Counted from the first letter of the stretch, positions 1-9,829 are shown. The stretch is 61,753 nucleotides of DNA from Bradymonadia bacterium (GCA_047629415.1 JBLHWZ010000004.1:1-61753); one strand, 5' to 3'. Translations and numbers: made by a program. The notes: generated from the sequence alone by a model not told the origin.

Positions 1-1986
1 CGCCGCAAAGCGAGGAATGTCGTGGTTGCCGAGGAATGGGCTCATCCACTCGTAGAAGCGGCCGTAGTTAGTCTCGGAAGCGAGGCGGCCGCCGGAGAGA
101 TCGCGGAAACTACCGTCACGGGCGAAGGCGTTCTGGATCGGGTAGAGCAGGGGGAAATCGAACTGACCGTCGAGCTCACCGTCATTCACGTAATTCATGA
201 TCAGGCCGTGGCCATCACCGCCGGTGAACGTCTCGCCAACCAGATACAGCGGCATCGCTCCGTCGTTCACAAAGCGCTCGTCGATCCGCCGCGTGAGCCG
301 CCGCAGGATAACGTGGTGCATGTGCTTGGCGGCATCAAGGCGCAGCCCGTCTACGTCGAACTCAGTCACCATCCATTCGGTGTCTGCAGTCATCTGGCGG
401 ACGATGTCGTGATTTCTGTAGTCGAGGTCGGGAAGGTAATCGATGAACCAGCACATGAGCTGGCCGCCGTCGACGCCTTGTTGGTCCCAGTTGCATGGGC
501 CTGGATCGGAGGTGCACGGGCAAGGATCTGCGGTAAACCACTCCGGGAACATGCGAGTGTACTCGTGCGACTCGTGCACATGATTGAGTGGAACGTCGAA
601 GAGCACTCGAATGCCGTTGTCATGAGCAGTGTCGATCAGCTCTTTTAGCAGCTCTTCCGAGTCCGCCTCGGCGGTGCCCCAACGCTCCTCGATTTGACGA
701 GCGTGCGTTGGCCAGTAGCCGTGGAATCCACTGAACTGGTGGAAGCGATCAGAGGCGAGCCATTCACCGTCGGGGTTCTCCTGAACCGGACTCAGCCAGA
801 GCAGATTGACGCCGAGGTCTGTGAAGTAGCCCTCCTCAATAGCATCGATGACACCCTGGAAGTCGCCACCCTGGTAGTTGGCGATCTCGGGCACGCCATC
901 GATCGGCCGGTCTGCATCGTCCGAGTCGCGGAAGCGGTCCGTGAAGACGAAGTACATAACCGCGTCTTGCCAAACAAACGGCTCATCTTCGACCCAAAGT
1001 GGGATGTAAGCAGGCTCCTCTTCACTTTGTCGCCCGTCGGTGTCTGCTGCCCAAACATGGATGGAGTGCTTTCCGTTGGGTAAGCCCACCGCATCGATGG
1101 TGATCACGCCGGAGTCGGCATCAACCTCTGCGTCGAACTCCACGCCGCCTACCGTCACGCGCAGCTCGTCGACATCGATTGCAGCGCCATCCTCAGCGCT
1201 CCAAAATCTCACCGTCGCATGGACACCGTCGTCGTCGCTAGACGCCGTGAGCACCTCGAGCGCGGGTACTTGGCAGTCCCCGACGATCAGGCTTCGATTC
1301 TCGTTGTTGCCAACCCACTGTGTGTAGAAGAGCGCGGGCGAAGGCACCTCCTGATAGTCGGCGAAATCCCAAACCCCATCCACGATGAATTTGAATGGAT
1401 GCTCGCCGGCCGGCAGGTCCAACTCGGTAGAGAACCGTCCGCCGCCGAGCGAATCGAGCGTTACGGGCGAGTCGGCCCAACCGGTGAAGGGCCCAGCGAT
1501 TTGCACGGTGGTTGCGCCGCGTGCGAGGTGTTCCAACACTGTCGTGCATGACCGGATGGCTGCTCCCGTCGGCACCTCCGGTTCAACGTCCGACTCAGTG
1601 TCGGCGGCGACGTCAGGCGCGATGTCCGATTCTACGTCCGACTGTGCATCTGTCTCTGTGTCCGCGTCTGCATTGAGATCGGAGTCTTCGACCGCATCAG
1701 TGGCTGAGTCAGGTGCGGCAACTGCATCCTCCTCGATGTCTCCCGCAACATCGTCGATGGGAACATCGCCGCCTGTATCTCCGGTGGCCGCATCGCTTGG
1801 TGGGACCGAGCAAATCGGGTCAGATTCACAGCCTGGGTCATCGCAATCGACGAGGCCGTTGTCGTCGTTGTCATCGCCGTCGCGACATTCACGGGGAATG
1901 TCTCCCTCAGGCGAGGGTTCAACGGCGTCCTCACCACATGCGGCGAGGGCGAGGATAGCGAGCAGGGGTAGTCTTCGATTCAACAT
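1..1986 (-). CDS. Lipoprotein GH13 alpha-amylase-family glycosidase with N-terminal Cys/Asp-rich module and CBM48-like domain (3' end runs off the window)
   Basis: Absent from the ORF track because no stop lies in the window. Manual translation from ATG 1986: MLNRRLPLLAILALAAC (lipobox), ECRDGDDNDDNGLVDCDDPGC, VAGPFTGW...PFKFIVDGVW (CBM48-like), then in frame VMYFVFTDRF, GGDFQG, LGVNLLWLSP, FHGYWP, AHDNGIRVLFDVPLNH (GH13 region I). Confidence 0.88.
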   Translation of the reverse strand, partial: MLNRRLPLLAILALAACGEDAVEPSPEGDIPRECRDGDDNDDNGLVDCDDPGCESDPICSVPPSDAATGDTGGDVPIDDVAGDIEEDAVAAPDSATDAVEDSDLNADADTETDAQSDVESDIAPDVAADTESDVEPEVPTGAAIRSCTTVLEHLARGATTVQIAGPFTGWADSPVTLDSLGGGRFSTELDLPAGEHPFKFIVDGVWDFADYQEVPSPALFYTQWVGNNENRSLIVGDCQVPALEVLTASSDDDGVHATVRFWSAEDGAAIDVDELRVTVGGVEFDAEVDADSGVITIDAVGLPNGKHSIHVWAADTDGRQSEEEPAYIPLWVEDEPFVWQDAVMYFVFTDRFRDSDDADRPIDGVPEIANYQGGDFQGVIDAIEEGYFTDLGVNLLWLSPVQENPDGEWLASDRFHQFSGFHGYWPTHARQIEERWGTAEADSEELLKELIDTAHDNGIRVLFDVPLNHVHESHEYTRMFPEWFTADPCPCTSDPGPCNWDQQGVDGGQLMCWFIDYLPDLDYRNHDIVRQMTADTEWMVTEFDVDGLRLDAAKHMHHVILRRLTRRIDERFVNDGAMPLYLVGETFTGGDGHGLIMNYVNDGELDGQFDFPLLYPIQNAFARDGSFRDLSGGRLASETNYGRFYEWMSPFLGNHDIPRFAA

Positions 1987-2323
1987 GGGCACGGACGAGT
2001 GGGACCAGGGCAGCTTAGTGTCGATCCTCAGTGGGTTCCAGGTACCCGCGGACAGAGTCAGCCGAATTTCCTCCACTCCCTGGAGGAAGCCGATACGCTT
2101 GGGAAGGCCGTCACCTGGCTGAGCGGAGTCAAACGGGTGTGCGAGGGTGGATCTGATTCGGGCTGTTCCCGCCGGAGGAAAACGGCTCAGACGGGACGGG
2201 TCTGCGGATGTATCTGTCAGAAGTGTCTGCGTACTTTCAGCCAAGAGAATCTCGTGCTCTGGTACCTCCATCAACGCATTTGTAAGTCGGGGTACTCGTC
2301 CGCTGAAAAAAGGTTCCGTGACC

Positions 2324-2350
2324 TGTCGATTTCGTAGTCTCTCGTTCGAC
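2324..2350 (+). promoter_or_regulatory. Putative ECF42-dependent promoter, -35 TGTCGA / -10 CGAC
   Basis: TGTCGA at 2324-2329, 17-nt spacer, CGAC at 2347-2350, upstream of the DGPF-ECF42 pair. Matches the known ECF42 consensus TGTCGA...CG(A/T)C. Confidence 0.7.
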
Positions 2351-2434
2351 GTGAATGCGAGGCGGCCAACAGTACTGGCCGTCGAGCGCGTTTCAGCGGA
2401 CACTCATGGCACTCCCAACATCCCGAGAACTCAA

Positions 2435-2818
2435 ATGCAGTACCTACTCCTCCTCTACACGAACGAAGAAACCAACTCGAAGATGTTTGCAGACGAGGAA
2501 GCCCAGCGGGCCTACATGGGCAAATGGGGCGAATACTCGGCTGCGCTCGGAGCAGCCGGCAAACTTCTCGGCGGCGAGGCGTTGCGCGCCACGAGTACCG
2601 CGACGACTGTGAGACTCCGTGATGGCAAGCGCCTGACGACAGACGGGCCGTTCGCGGAAACAAAGGAGCAGCTTGGCGGCTTCTACCTGATCGAAGCCGA
2701 CAACCTCGACGAAGCCATCGAGTGGGCGGCCAAGATTCCCAGTGTTGGGCACGGATCGGTCGAGGTCCGACCCATCATTTCCTTGAAAGCGGGCCAGACG
2801 TGGGAGCCCGGATCTTAA
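2435..2818 (+). CDS. YciI/DGPF family protein
   Basis: MQYLLLLY start at ATG 2435; TDGPFAETKEQLGGFYLIEA...EAIEWA...VEVRP signature. Confidence 0.93.
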   Translation: MQYLLLLYTNEETNSKMFADEEAQRAYMGKWGEYSAALGAAGKLLGGEALRATSTATTVRLRDGKRLTTDGPFAETKEQLGGFYLIEADNLDEAIEWAAKIPSVGHGSVEVRPIISLKAGQTWEPGS

Positions 2819-2828
2819 CGGCCCTCGA

Positions 2829-4076
2829 ATGAGCGCAACAGCCGCTGACATTCTCACGGGCGTCTATCGCGAGGAGTATGGGAAGATACTCGCGACGCTG
2901 ATTCGTGTCGTGCGCGACTTCGAATTGGCGGAGGACGTTCTGCAGGAGGTGGTCGCTGATGCGCTCACCCGGTGGACCAACGAGGGAATCCCTCAGCGGC
3001 CGGCGGCTTGGCTGACCACGGCCGCTCGCAATCGCGCGATCGACGCCGTACGTCGGCGAGCAAACTTCGCGGGCAAGAAAGATGTCATCAAGGCGCTAAA
3101 CGATCTTTTGCCGAGCTATATGGTGTCCGATGACGAGCCGACGGAACTGCAGGATGACCGCTTGCGGCTGATCTTCACATGCTGTCACCCTGCGCTGTCG
3201 TTGGACGCCCAGGTCGCGCTGACACTGCACACCGTCGGCGGTCTCGAAACTCCCGAGATCGCCCGAGCTTTTCTGGTGCCGAACGCGACACTGGCTCAGC
3301 GTTTGGTGCGGGCCAAAAAGAAGATCAAGCAGGCCGGCATTCCTTACCGGGTGCCTCCGGACTCGCTGCTTGCGGAGCGATCGGACGCCGTAAGGGCGGC
3401 CCTCTATCTCATCTTCAATGAGGGCTACTCTGCGTCATCGGGCGAGGAGCCGGTCCGTGTTCGGCTGTGCGATGAGGGCATACGACTCGCCAAATTGCTC
3501 TGTGAGCTAATGCCGGAGGACTCCGAGAACGCAGGCCTGGTCGCGCTAATGATGTTGCATGACGCCAGGAGGAACTCTCGATACAGCGATGAAGGCAAAA
3601 TCATATTGTTGTCAGATCAAGATCGGGCGCTCTGGAATCGAGAGCAGATTGAGCACGGGGCGGCCCTCGTGGAGCACGGCCTGAAACAAGGCCGCGTGGG
3701 GCAGTATCTGATCCAGGCCGCCATCGCCGCCCTCCACTGCGAGGCGGCCACCGCAGAGGACACCGACTGGCAACAGATCGCGGGGCTCTACGCTTTCTTG
3801 ATGCGGCTCCAGTCTTCGCCGGTCATCGAGCTCAACCGTGCGGTCGCGATCGCGATGGCGAACGGTCCGGCGAGTGGCCTTCAGATCATCGATGGCCTGC
3901 AGGCCGATGCATCGATGCAGACCTACCCGTTTTTTCACTCTGCCCGGGCAGATCTGCTCCGGCGGCTAGGTCGAGTGCGCGAAGCCGCCGATGCCTACCG
4001 ATCTGCGCTGGAATTCACAGAGAACACGGGCGACCAAGAGTTCCTGGAGATGCGCCTCAAGGAGGTCGCAGGCTAG
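2829..4076 (+). CDS. ECF RNA polymerase sigma factor, ECF42 group (C-terminal TPR extension)
   Basis: AEDVLQE, WLTTAARNRAID, DDRLRLIFTCCHPAL, LYLIFNEGY, LNRAVA motifs; 415 aa; adjacent to a DGPF gene. Confidence 0.92.
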   Translation: MSATAADILTGVYREEYGKILATLIRVVRDFELAEDVLQEVVADALTRWTNEGIPQRPAAWLTTAARNRAIDAVRRRANFAGKKDVIKALNDLLPSYMVSDDEPTELQDDRLRLIFTCCHPALSLDAQVALTLHTVGGLETPEIARAFLVPNATLAQRLVRAKKKIKQAGIPYRVPPDSLLAERSDAVRAALYLIFNEGYSASSGEEPVRVRLCDEGIRLAKLLCELMPEDSENAGLVALMMLHDARRNSRYSDEGKIILLSDQDRALWNREQIEHGAALVEHGLKQGRVGQYLIQAAIAALHCEAATAEDTDWQQIAGLYAFLMRLQSSPVIELNRAVAIAMANGPASGLQIIDGLQADASMQTYPFFHSARADLLRRLGRVREAADAYRSALEFTENTGDQEFLEMRLKEVAG

Positions 4077-4091
4077 AACTTCCAGGATGTC

Positions 4092-4383
4092 CAAGCTGCA
4101 GCGTCAGCCGCAAGCTGCAGTGTCAGCATCAGCTTCAGAGACAAGCTGCAGCGTCAGCATCAGAGACAAGCTGCAGCGTCAGCATCAGAGGCAAGTTGCA
4201 GCGTCACAGGCAAGCTGCGGCGTCAGAACCAGAGTCAGAGTCAAGCTGCGGCGTCAGCGGCAGCATCAGCGGCGAGCCGTAGCCTCAGAGTCAGAGATAA
4301 GCTGCGGCGTCAGCGGCAGCATCAGCATCAGCGGCGAGCCGTAGCATCAGGGTCAGAGACAAGCAGCAGCATCCGCGGCAGCG
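4092..4383. repeat. Imperfect tandem repeat tract (about 11 units) between convergent genes
   Basis: Recurrent core (C/T)AAGCTGC(A/G)GCG followed by a variable number of TCAGCA/TCAGAG-like hexamers; unit lengths 19-37 nt. Confidence 0.85.
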
Positions 4384-4389
4384 CTCTGC

Positions 4390-5298
4390 CTAGGCCGGGA
4401 TCGGTGCTTCGGCCACCTCCTTTCGGAGTTCCTCCAGCCACAGGGCGACGGCCCGACACATCTCGAACGCCTCCTCCATTCGCTCTGGCGCAGTACCAAG
4501 TCGAGCAGCCGTGCCAGGATCGCGTGGCGAGATGAGGTCGTCGGTTTGACCGAACGGTAGCTTCTTCCAGTCCGGCTTGTCAGCGATACGCTCCAGTTCC
4601 GGCCAATCGTGAGCGATTTCGCTCAAATCGGCTAGAGCGTCCCGGACGGCGACCCTGGCCATCTCTACCCGCGTAGAAGCCAGCGCGCGCTCATCCGAAT
4701 AGGGCAGCTCTTCTGCAGGGGCGGCGCCGATCGTCGCAACGCCCTCAGACACGGTGCGCATGATCGAGGCCGCGTTGGCGACGTAACTGCGGGCGTCCGC
4801 CACTCGCTCCGCTACTCGCTTGAGTCCGCCCCGGCGCTCTCGAATCAACTCCGCGAGCTTGCCCTGGAACGGTTTGATGTCCGCCTTCGGCACGGTCGGG
4901 TCATGGTGCATATCCATCACGAGCGTGTGCAGAGTCTTGCGGAGGCGCGCTTGCAGACCCCGAGGCCGAGCAGCGAGCGCGGCCGCGTCTAGCACGTCGT
5001 TTTCGAGTGCGCTTGAGCGAAGCTTGTTCATCTTCTGACGGAGGTTCTTCAGTTTGGCTTCGAGCGATGCCCGCTCGGTCACAAAGAACGTCTCTTCGGC
5101 TGGCGTCGCGTCGGTGCTGTCGATCGCGAGGACCTTTCGCTCCAATTTCAGCTCGGCTTCCTCGAGCCGATTGAGCTGATTCTCGATGTGTACGTCCCGC
5201 TTGTCGGCCGCGTCGACTTTGCGCTCGTGCTCGTCCGCTCGCGCCATAAGCGAGGTCAGGACAGCGATGTCATCGAGTAGTTCGCGCCGTGTCGGCAT
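4390..5298 (-). CDS. Hypothetical coiled-coil protein
   Basis: Likely start MPTRRELL at ATG 5298, since the longer ORF overlaps the divergent gene; helical E/K/R/L-rich heptads. Confidence 0.7.
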   Translation of the reverse strand: MPTRRELLDDIAVLTSLMARADEHERKVDAADKRDVHIENQLNRLEEAELKLERKVLAIDSTDATPAEETFFVTERASLEAKLKNLRQKMNKLRSSALENDVLDAAALAARPRGLQARLRKTLHTLVMDMHHDPTVPKADIKPFQGKLAELIRERRGGLKRVAERVADARSYVANAASIMRTVSEGVATIGAAPAEELPYSDERALASTRVEMARVAVRDALADLSEIAHDWPELERIADKPDWKKLPFGQTDDLISPRDPGTAARLGTAPERMEEAFEMCRAVALWLEELRKEVAEAPIPA

Positions 5299-5386
5299 GG
5301 AATTCGCGCCAAGAAGGGGGTTCAGAGCTTCCACTATCTGGTTTAGATAGTTCCGTGCCAAGCCCTTACTTGTTCTCTGGTATTCC

Positions 5387-6742
5387 ATGCAGTCTATCAA
5401 CCCCACCACCGAGACCGTTATAGAGGTCGCGCCGATGGACCTCGCGGAGGGGCTTGAGGACAAGCTTCAGCGGGCAGCGAATGGCTTTGAGCGTTGGCGG
5501 ATGACGAGCTTCGCGGAGCGTAGCGCTCGGGTCATCCGACTCGGTCAGTGTCTCGCAGAACGAAGCGAGGAGCTGGCGCACATGATGATCCTCGAGATGG
5601 GAAAGCCGATCACTGAAGCCCGCAGTGAGGTGGCGAAATGCGTCGCGTGTTGTGAGTATTTCGCCGAGGGCGCGGAGCGCTTCCTGCAACCGGAGGAGAT
5701 CGAATCGGACGCCGGTCACAGCTACGTTGCCTACGCTCCGATCGGTCCGGTGCTTGCGATCATGCCTTGGAACTTTCCCATCTGGCAGGCCGTGCGCTTC
5801 GCTGCCCCGACTCTGATGGCCGGCAACACCGCGCTGCTCAAGCACGCGCCTAGCGTGCCCGGCTGCGCGCGTTTGCTCACGCAGTGCTTCGTCGACGCCC
5901 AGTTTCCCGACGGGGTGTTCATGAATCTGCTCATTTCCCATGAGGCTGTTCCGTGCGTCATCGCCGATGAGCGGGTCGCTGCTGTGACGCTGACTGGCTC
6001 CGTTCGGGCCGGCAGAGCGGTGGGCGCGCTCGCTGGCCGCGCGATCAAGCGCAGTGTGTTGGAGCTTGGGGGATCGGATCCCTTTATCGTCTTGGCCGAC
6101 GCAGACATCGACGCAGCGGTGGCAGGCGCGGTCTTCAGCCGATTCCTCAACGCAGGACAGTCCTGCATCGCTGCGAAACGTCTGATCATCGAGGCGCCTG
6201 TCTACGATGAGTTTGTCGGCAAACTGCTGCAGAAGGTTCAAGCCCTCCGCGTCGGAGACCCGCTGGCGGAGGACACTCAGATAGGGCCGATGGCGCGCGA
6301 GGACCTTCGCGCTGAGCTCGAGTCACAAGTGTGTCGCTCGGTCGTAGCAGGGGCGGAGCTGCTGACAGGTGGGGTGGTGCCAGAGGGCCCCGGTTGGTTC
6401 TATCCGCCAACAGTCCTCGCCGGCGTCTTGCCCGGTATGCCGGCTTTCGACGAAGAGCTCTTTGGGCCTGTCGCAGTTCTGATCCGGGCCGATGATCCGG
6501 AGCAGGCGATTCAACTCGCGGGCCAAACAAAGTTTGGTTTGGGCGCGGCGATCTGGACCACTACCAAACGAGGTCTCGCCTACGTTCCGCGCTTGAATGC
6601 GGGCTGCGTAGCGATCAACGGAGTCGTCAAATCGGACTCCCGACTGCCGTTCGGCGGTACTAAGGAGTCCGGCTACGGCCGCGAACTCTCCCGTGCCGGA
6701 ATCCTCGAGTTCGTCAACGCGAAGACGGTGTGGGTGAAGTAG
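5387..6742 (+). CDS. NAD(P)-dependent succinate-semialdehyde dehydrogenase family aldehyde dehydrogenase
   Basis: IMPWNFP, TLTGS, LELGGSDP, NAGQSCIAAKR (catalytic Cys), EELFGPV, PFGGTKESGYGRELS. Confidence 0.92.
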   Translation: MQSINPTTETVIEVAPMDLAEGLEDKLQRAANGFERWRMTSFAERSARVIRLGQCLAERSEELAHMMILEMGKPITEARSEVAKCVACCEYFAEGAERFLQPEEIESDAGHSYVAYAPIGPVLAIMPWNFPIWQAVRFAAPTLMAGNTALLKHAPSVPGCARLLTQCFVDAQFPDGVFMNLLISHEAVPCVIADERVAAVTLTGSVRAGRAVGALAGRAIKRSVLELGGSDPFIVLADADIDAAVAGAVFSRFLNAGQSCIAAKRLIIEAPVYDEFVGKLLQKVQALRVGDPLAEDTQIGPMAREDLRAELESQVCRSVVAGAELLTGGVVPEGPGWFYPPTVLAGVLPGMPAFDEELFGPVAVLIRADDPEQAIQLAGQTKFGLGAAIWTTTKRGLAYVPRLNAGCVAINGVVKSDSRLPFGGTKESGYGRELSRAGILEFVNAKTVWVK

Positions 6743-6858
6743 CCACCAACTGTCGCCTACCGACGCGCTCACCCATCACCCGCGGGTCCGCGAACGCCTA
6801 CGACCACCAAGAAGACACGACGCGTTGAGACGCGAGCCTCAGCGAGCGCCGAACCCTG

Positions 6859-6950
6859 TCCACGCCTCATACTCACTCGCATCCACGCCTCATACTCACT
6901 CGCATCCACGCCTCATACTCACTCGCATCCACGCCTCATACTCACTCGCA
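6859..6950. repeat. Perfect 23-bp tandem repeat, 4 copies (TCCACGCCTCATACTCACTCGCA)
   Basis: Copies at 6859, 6882, 6905 and 6928 with no spacers; lies between convergent genes. Confidence 0.95.
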
Positions 6951-6976
6951 TCCGCAGCGCATCCGCATCCCGGCGT

Positions 6977-7612
6977 CTACCCGCTCAGCGAGAACGTCGC
7001 AGGCTCGATCGGGCCGGTGCGTCCCTCCCGAATCGTCTCCAACAATCGGTCCACGACACCCGGCTCCCGAAAGTCCACGTCGGTGGTGTCGACGGACAAA
7101 ATGTTCCCGTCGTGGCGTGCAAACATCTCGTTGTACTGGGCGTGAAGCGACGCGAGATAGTCCGGGTCCATATCCTGTTCATAGTCGCGGCCGCGGCTGC
7201 GGATTCGCTCCATCAAGGCGTCGATCGGCGCGTGCAGATGAATAACGAGGTCAGGAGTTGGCACTTGGCGCCGAAGGATTTCATACACCCGGTCAAAGAG
7301 CGTCATCTCTGCCTCTGAGAGCGTAACGCTTGAGAAGAGTCGGGACTTTTCAAACAAGTAGTCGCTGACCGCGTACTGCTGAAGCAGGTCCTCCTGAGCA
7401 AACACTTCCTGCTGGTTGAATCGGCTCAGTAGGAAGAACATCTCCGTAGGGAACGCATAGCGTGCTCGGTCCGTATAGAACTGTTCGAGGAAAGGGTTTT
7501 CCTCAAACACCTCGTAAACGGTTCGCGCATTGAGTCGCTCGGCGAGAGCCGAGACCAGCGTGGTTTTTCCGACGCCGATGACACCTTCGACGACGATGTA
7601 GCGAGGTATCAT
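6977..7612 (-). CDS. Deoxynucleoside kinase
   Basis: IVVEGVIGVGKTT P-loop, ENPFLEQFY, FFLLSRF, PDLVIHL, RIRSRGRDYE. Confidence 0.92.
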   Translation of the reverse strand: MIPRYIVVEGVIGVGKTTLVSALAERLNARTVYEVFEENPFLEQFYTDRARYAFPTEMFFLLSRFNQQEVFAQEDLLQQYAVSDYLFEKSRLFSSVTLSEAEMTLFDRVYEILRRQVPTPDLVIHLHAPIDALMERIRSRGRDYEQDMDPDYLASLHAQYNEMFARHDGNILSVDTTDVDFREPGVVDRLLETIREGRTGPIEPATFSLSG

Positions 7613-7615
7613 CGA

Positions 7616-9829
7616 CTAAGACTTCTTGGACTTGCGACGCTTCTTTCCAGCGGCGGTTCGGGTTTCTCGCAGCGCGCGTTCGTAGGGGATCGACTTCTGG
7701 CCCGCTTCGCGAGCCAGCTCGATGAATCGGCTCTGAGAACGCATAGGCTCTTCGCCCGCCGGCGGCTCTCGCTTCTCGTACGAGCCGTCTTGAAGCATCT
7801 TCCAACTGCTGGCGGTGTCTTCAAAGCCCAGCGGGATGATCTCCCCGAGGATTCGTGCCTTCAGGTCTGGGTCCATGATCGGGAACATCTGCTCGACGCG
7901 ACGGAAGAGATTGCGCGGCATCCAGTCGGCCGAGGAGAGGTAGACGAGATCGGCTCCACCGTGGCGGAAGTGGTAGATGCGCGGATGCTCCAAGAACCGG
8001 TCAACGATACTGGTGACCTCGATGTTCTCCGAGACACCCGGGATACCCGGCTTGAGCGAGCAGATACCTCGCACGATCAGACGAATCTTCACGCCAGCGC
8101 AGGACGCCGCGTAGAGGGCCCGGATTATGCTGGGCTCCTGCAGCGCGTTGACCTTCGCTTGAATGAGCCCCTTGCCGGTCTTCTCGTGATGTTTGACCTC
8201 GTCTTCGATCAGCTCGAGGAAGCGCCCGACGAGCTCGAACGGTGCGACGAAGAGGTGATGGAACTTCGGGCGCGGAATCCGTCCGTCGAGTATGGAATGG
8301 ATGTTCCGAGCGCTGTACCCCGTAAGGATATTGAAGAGCTGACTGACATCTTCGCCCATCTTCGGGTCAGCTGTCATCAACGCCAGATCCGTGTAGACCT
8401 TGGCCGTGATCGAGTTGTAGTTGCCGGTGGACAGGTGCACGTACCGGCGGGTCTTGTTCCGCTCCCGACGCACGATGAGTGCGGCCTTGCAGTGCGTCTT
8501 TAGCCCCACGATTCCATACACAACGTGCACGCCGGCAGCCTCGAGCTCCCGAGCCCATCGAATGTTGTTAGTTTCGTCAAACCGCGCCTTCAACTCAACG
8601 AGCGCGGTGACTGACTTGTTCTCTTCCGCCGCGCGTTTGAGCGCCTCGATGATGACGGAGTCGCCAGAGGTCCGGTAGAGCGTCAGCTTGATGGCTAGCA
8701 CGTCCTTGTCGACGGCTGCCTCCCGCAGCAGCTCCGCGACGGTCGAAAACGACTCGTACGGGTGGTGAAGCAGGATGTCCTTCTCGCGGATGATCGAGAA
8801 GATGCTGTTATGCTCCGCCATTCGAGGGGAGAGGCGCGGATTGAAAGGAGGATCCTTCAGATGGCCGTAACCTCGCACTCCATATAGGCCACGCAGTGAT
8901 CCGAGGTTGAAAGGCACCGGAAGGCGGTAGACTTCACGCTCGTCGATCCCGATCGAGGCGACGAGCTGTGCGAGCAAGTCAGCGGCGATGCTATCTTCGA
9001 CTTCGAGTCGAACCACCCGACGAAAAGTCCTGGCCGTTAGCTCACGCTCGACATCGCTGAGCAGGTTCTCGAGTTCGGGTTCTCGGAGATCGAGATCGGC
9101 GTCGCGAGTGAGACGGAATTGCCAGGTGCCGCGAACGGGTAATCCCTGGAATAGCTCGTTTGCGAAGTGGTGGATCACGTCCGCGAGAAGCACGTACTCG
9201 TTGCGGCCGCCCTTGCGGGTCGGTTCGACTTTGATCAGCTGTTCAAGCACCGACGGAATCTCGACGATCGCAAACTCCTGCTTGTCGTGTTCTTCCGCGT
9301 CATCGAAACAAACAACGATATTGTGGGAGAGGTTCGGCAGGTTCGGGAACGGGTGACTCGGATCGACCGTCTTTGGAGTCAGGACCGGAAACACGCACTC
9401 GTGGAAATGCGTTCGGACGCGCTCCAAGTTCGTCGGCGTGAGGTCGTGGACCGGCACAATGAAGAGCCCCTCTTTCTCCAGGCCGGGGAGGATGTCCTTC
9501 TGTAGCGTCTCGCACGCCAGGTTCATCAGCTCGTGCGTCTGCACGGAGAGTTGCTCTAGCTGCTCGGCTGGCGTGAGGTTATCGGGTCCTCGCTTGTCGA
9601 GCCCTGCCTCGTCCGCTTCGAGCAAGTTCGCGACTCGAATCATCACGAACTCGTCCAGATTCGAGGCGAAATACGTGAGAAAGCGGAGCCGCTCTAAAAG
9701 TGGGGTCTTGCTTCGGGTCGCCCCGGACAGAACGCGCCCGTTGTACCGAAGCCAGCTGAACTCCCGGTTCACGAAAAGTGCTGGGTCGTCGAATGGCTGC
9801 TTCGATTTCCTTGCGCCTTCAATCGCCAT
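7616..9829 (-). CDS. ppk1: Polyphosphate kinase 1
   Basis: NREFSWL, SNLDEF, HPFP, LLHHPYESF, ELKARFDE, KTHCK, TGNYN, DRFLEH, SSADWMPRN. Confidence 0.97.
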   Translation of the reverse strand: MAIEGARKSKQPFDDPALFVNREFSWLRYNGRVLSGATRSKTPLLERLRFLTYFASNLDEFVMIRVANLLEADEAGLDKRGPDNLTPAEQLEQLSVQTHELMNLACETLQKDILPGLEKEGLFIVPVHDLTPTNLERVRTHFHECVFPVLTPKTVDPSHPFPNLPNLSHNIVVCFDDAEEHDKQEFAIVEIPSVLEQLIKVEPTRKGGRNEYVLLADVIHHFANELFQGLPVRGTWQFRLTRDADLDLREPELENLLSDVERELTARTFRRVVRLEVEDSIAADLLAQLVASIGIDEREVYRLPVPFNLGSLRGLYGVRGYGHLKDPPFNPRLSPRMAEHNSIFSIIREKDILLHHPYESFSTVAELLREAAVDKDVLAIKLTLYRTSGDSVIIEALKRAAEENKSVTALVELKARFDETNNIRWARELEAAGVHVVYGIVGLKTHCKAALIVRRERNKTRRYVHLSTGNYNSITAKVYTDLALMTADPKMGEDVSQLFNILTGYSARNIHSILDGRIPRPKFHHLFVAPFELVGRFLELIEDEVKHHEKTGKGLIQAKVNALQEPSIIRALYAASCAGVKIRLIVRGICSLKPGIPGVSENIEVTSIVDRFLEHPRIYHFRHGGADLVYLSSADWMPRNLFRRVEQMFPIMDPDLKARILGEIIPLGFEDTASSWKMLQDGSYEKREPPAGEEPMRSQSRFIELAREAGQKSIPYERALRETRTAAGKKRRKSKKS

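Noticed and set aside
22-2122. Plus-strand ORFs 22-648, 694-1083 and 1385-2122
   Set aside because: Antisense shadows of the GH13 gene. The same applies to most short overlapping ORFs in the track, which are expected at high GC.
4092-6950. Repeat tracts as CRISPR arrays
   Set aside because: No unique spacers (contiguous or hexamer-built units) and no cas genes in the window.
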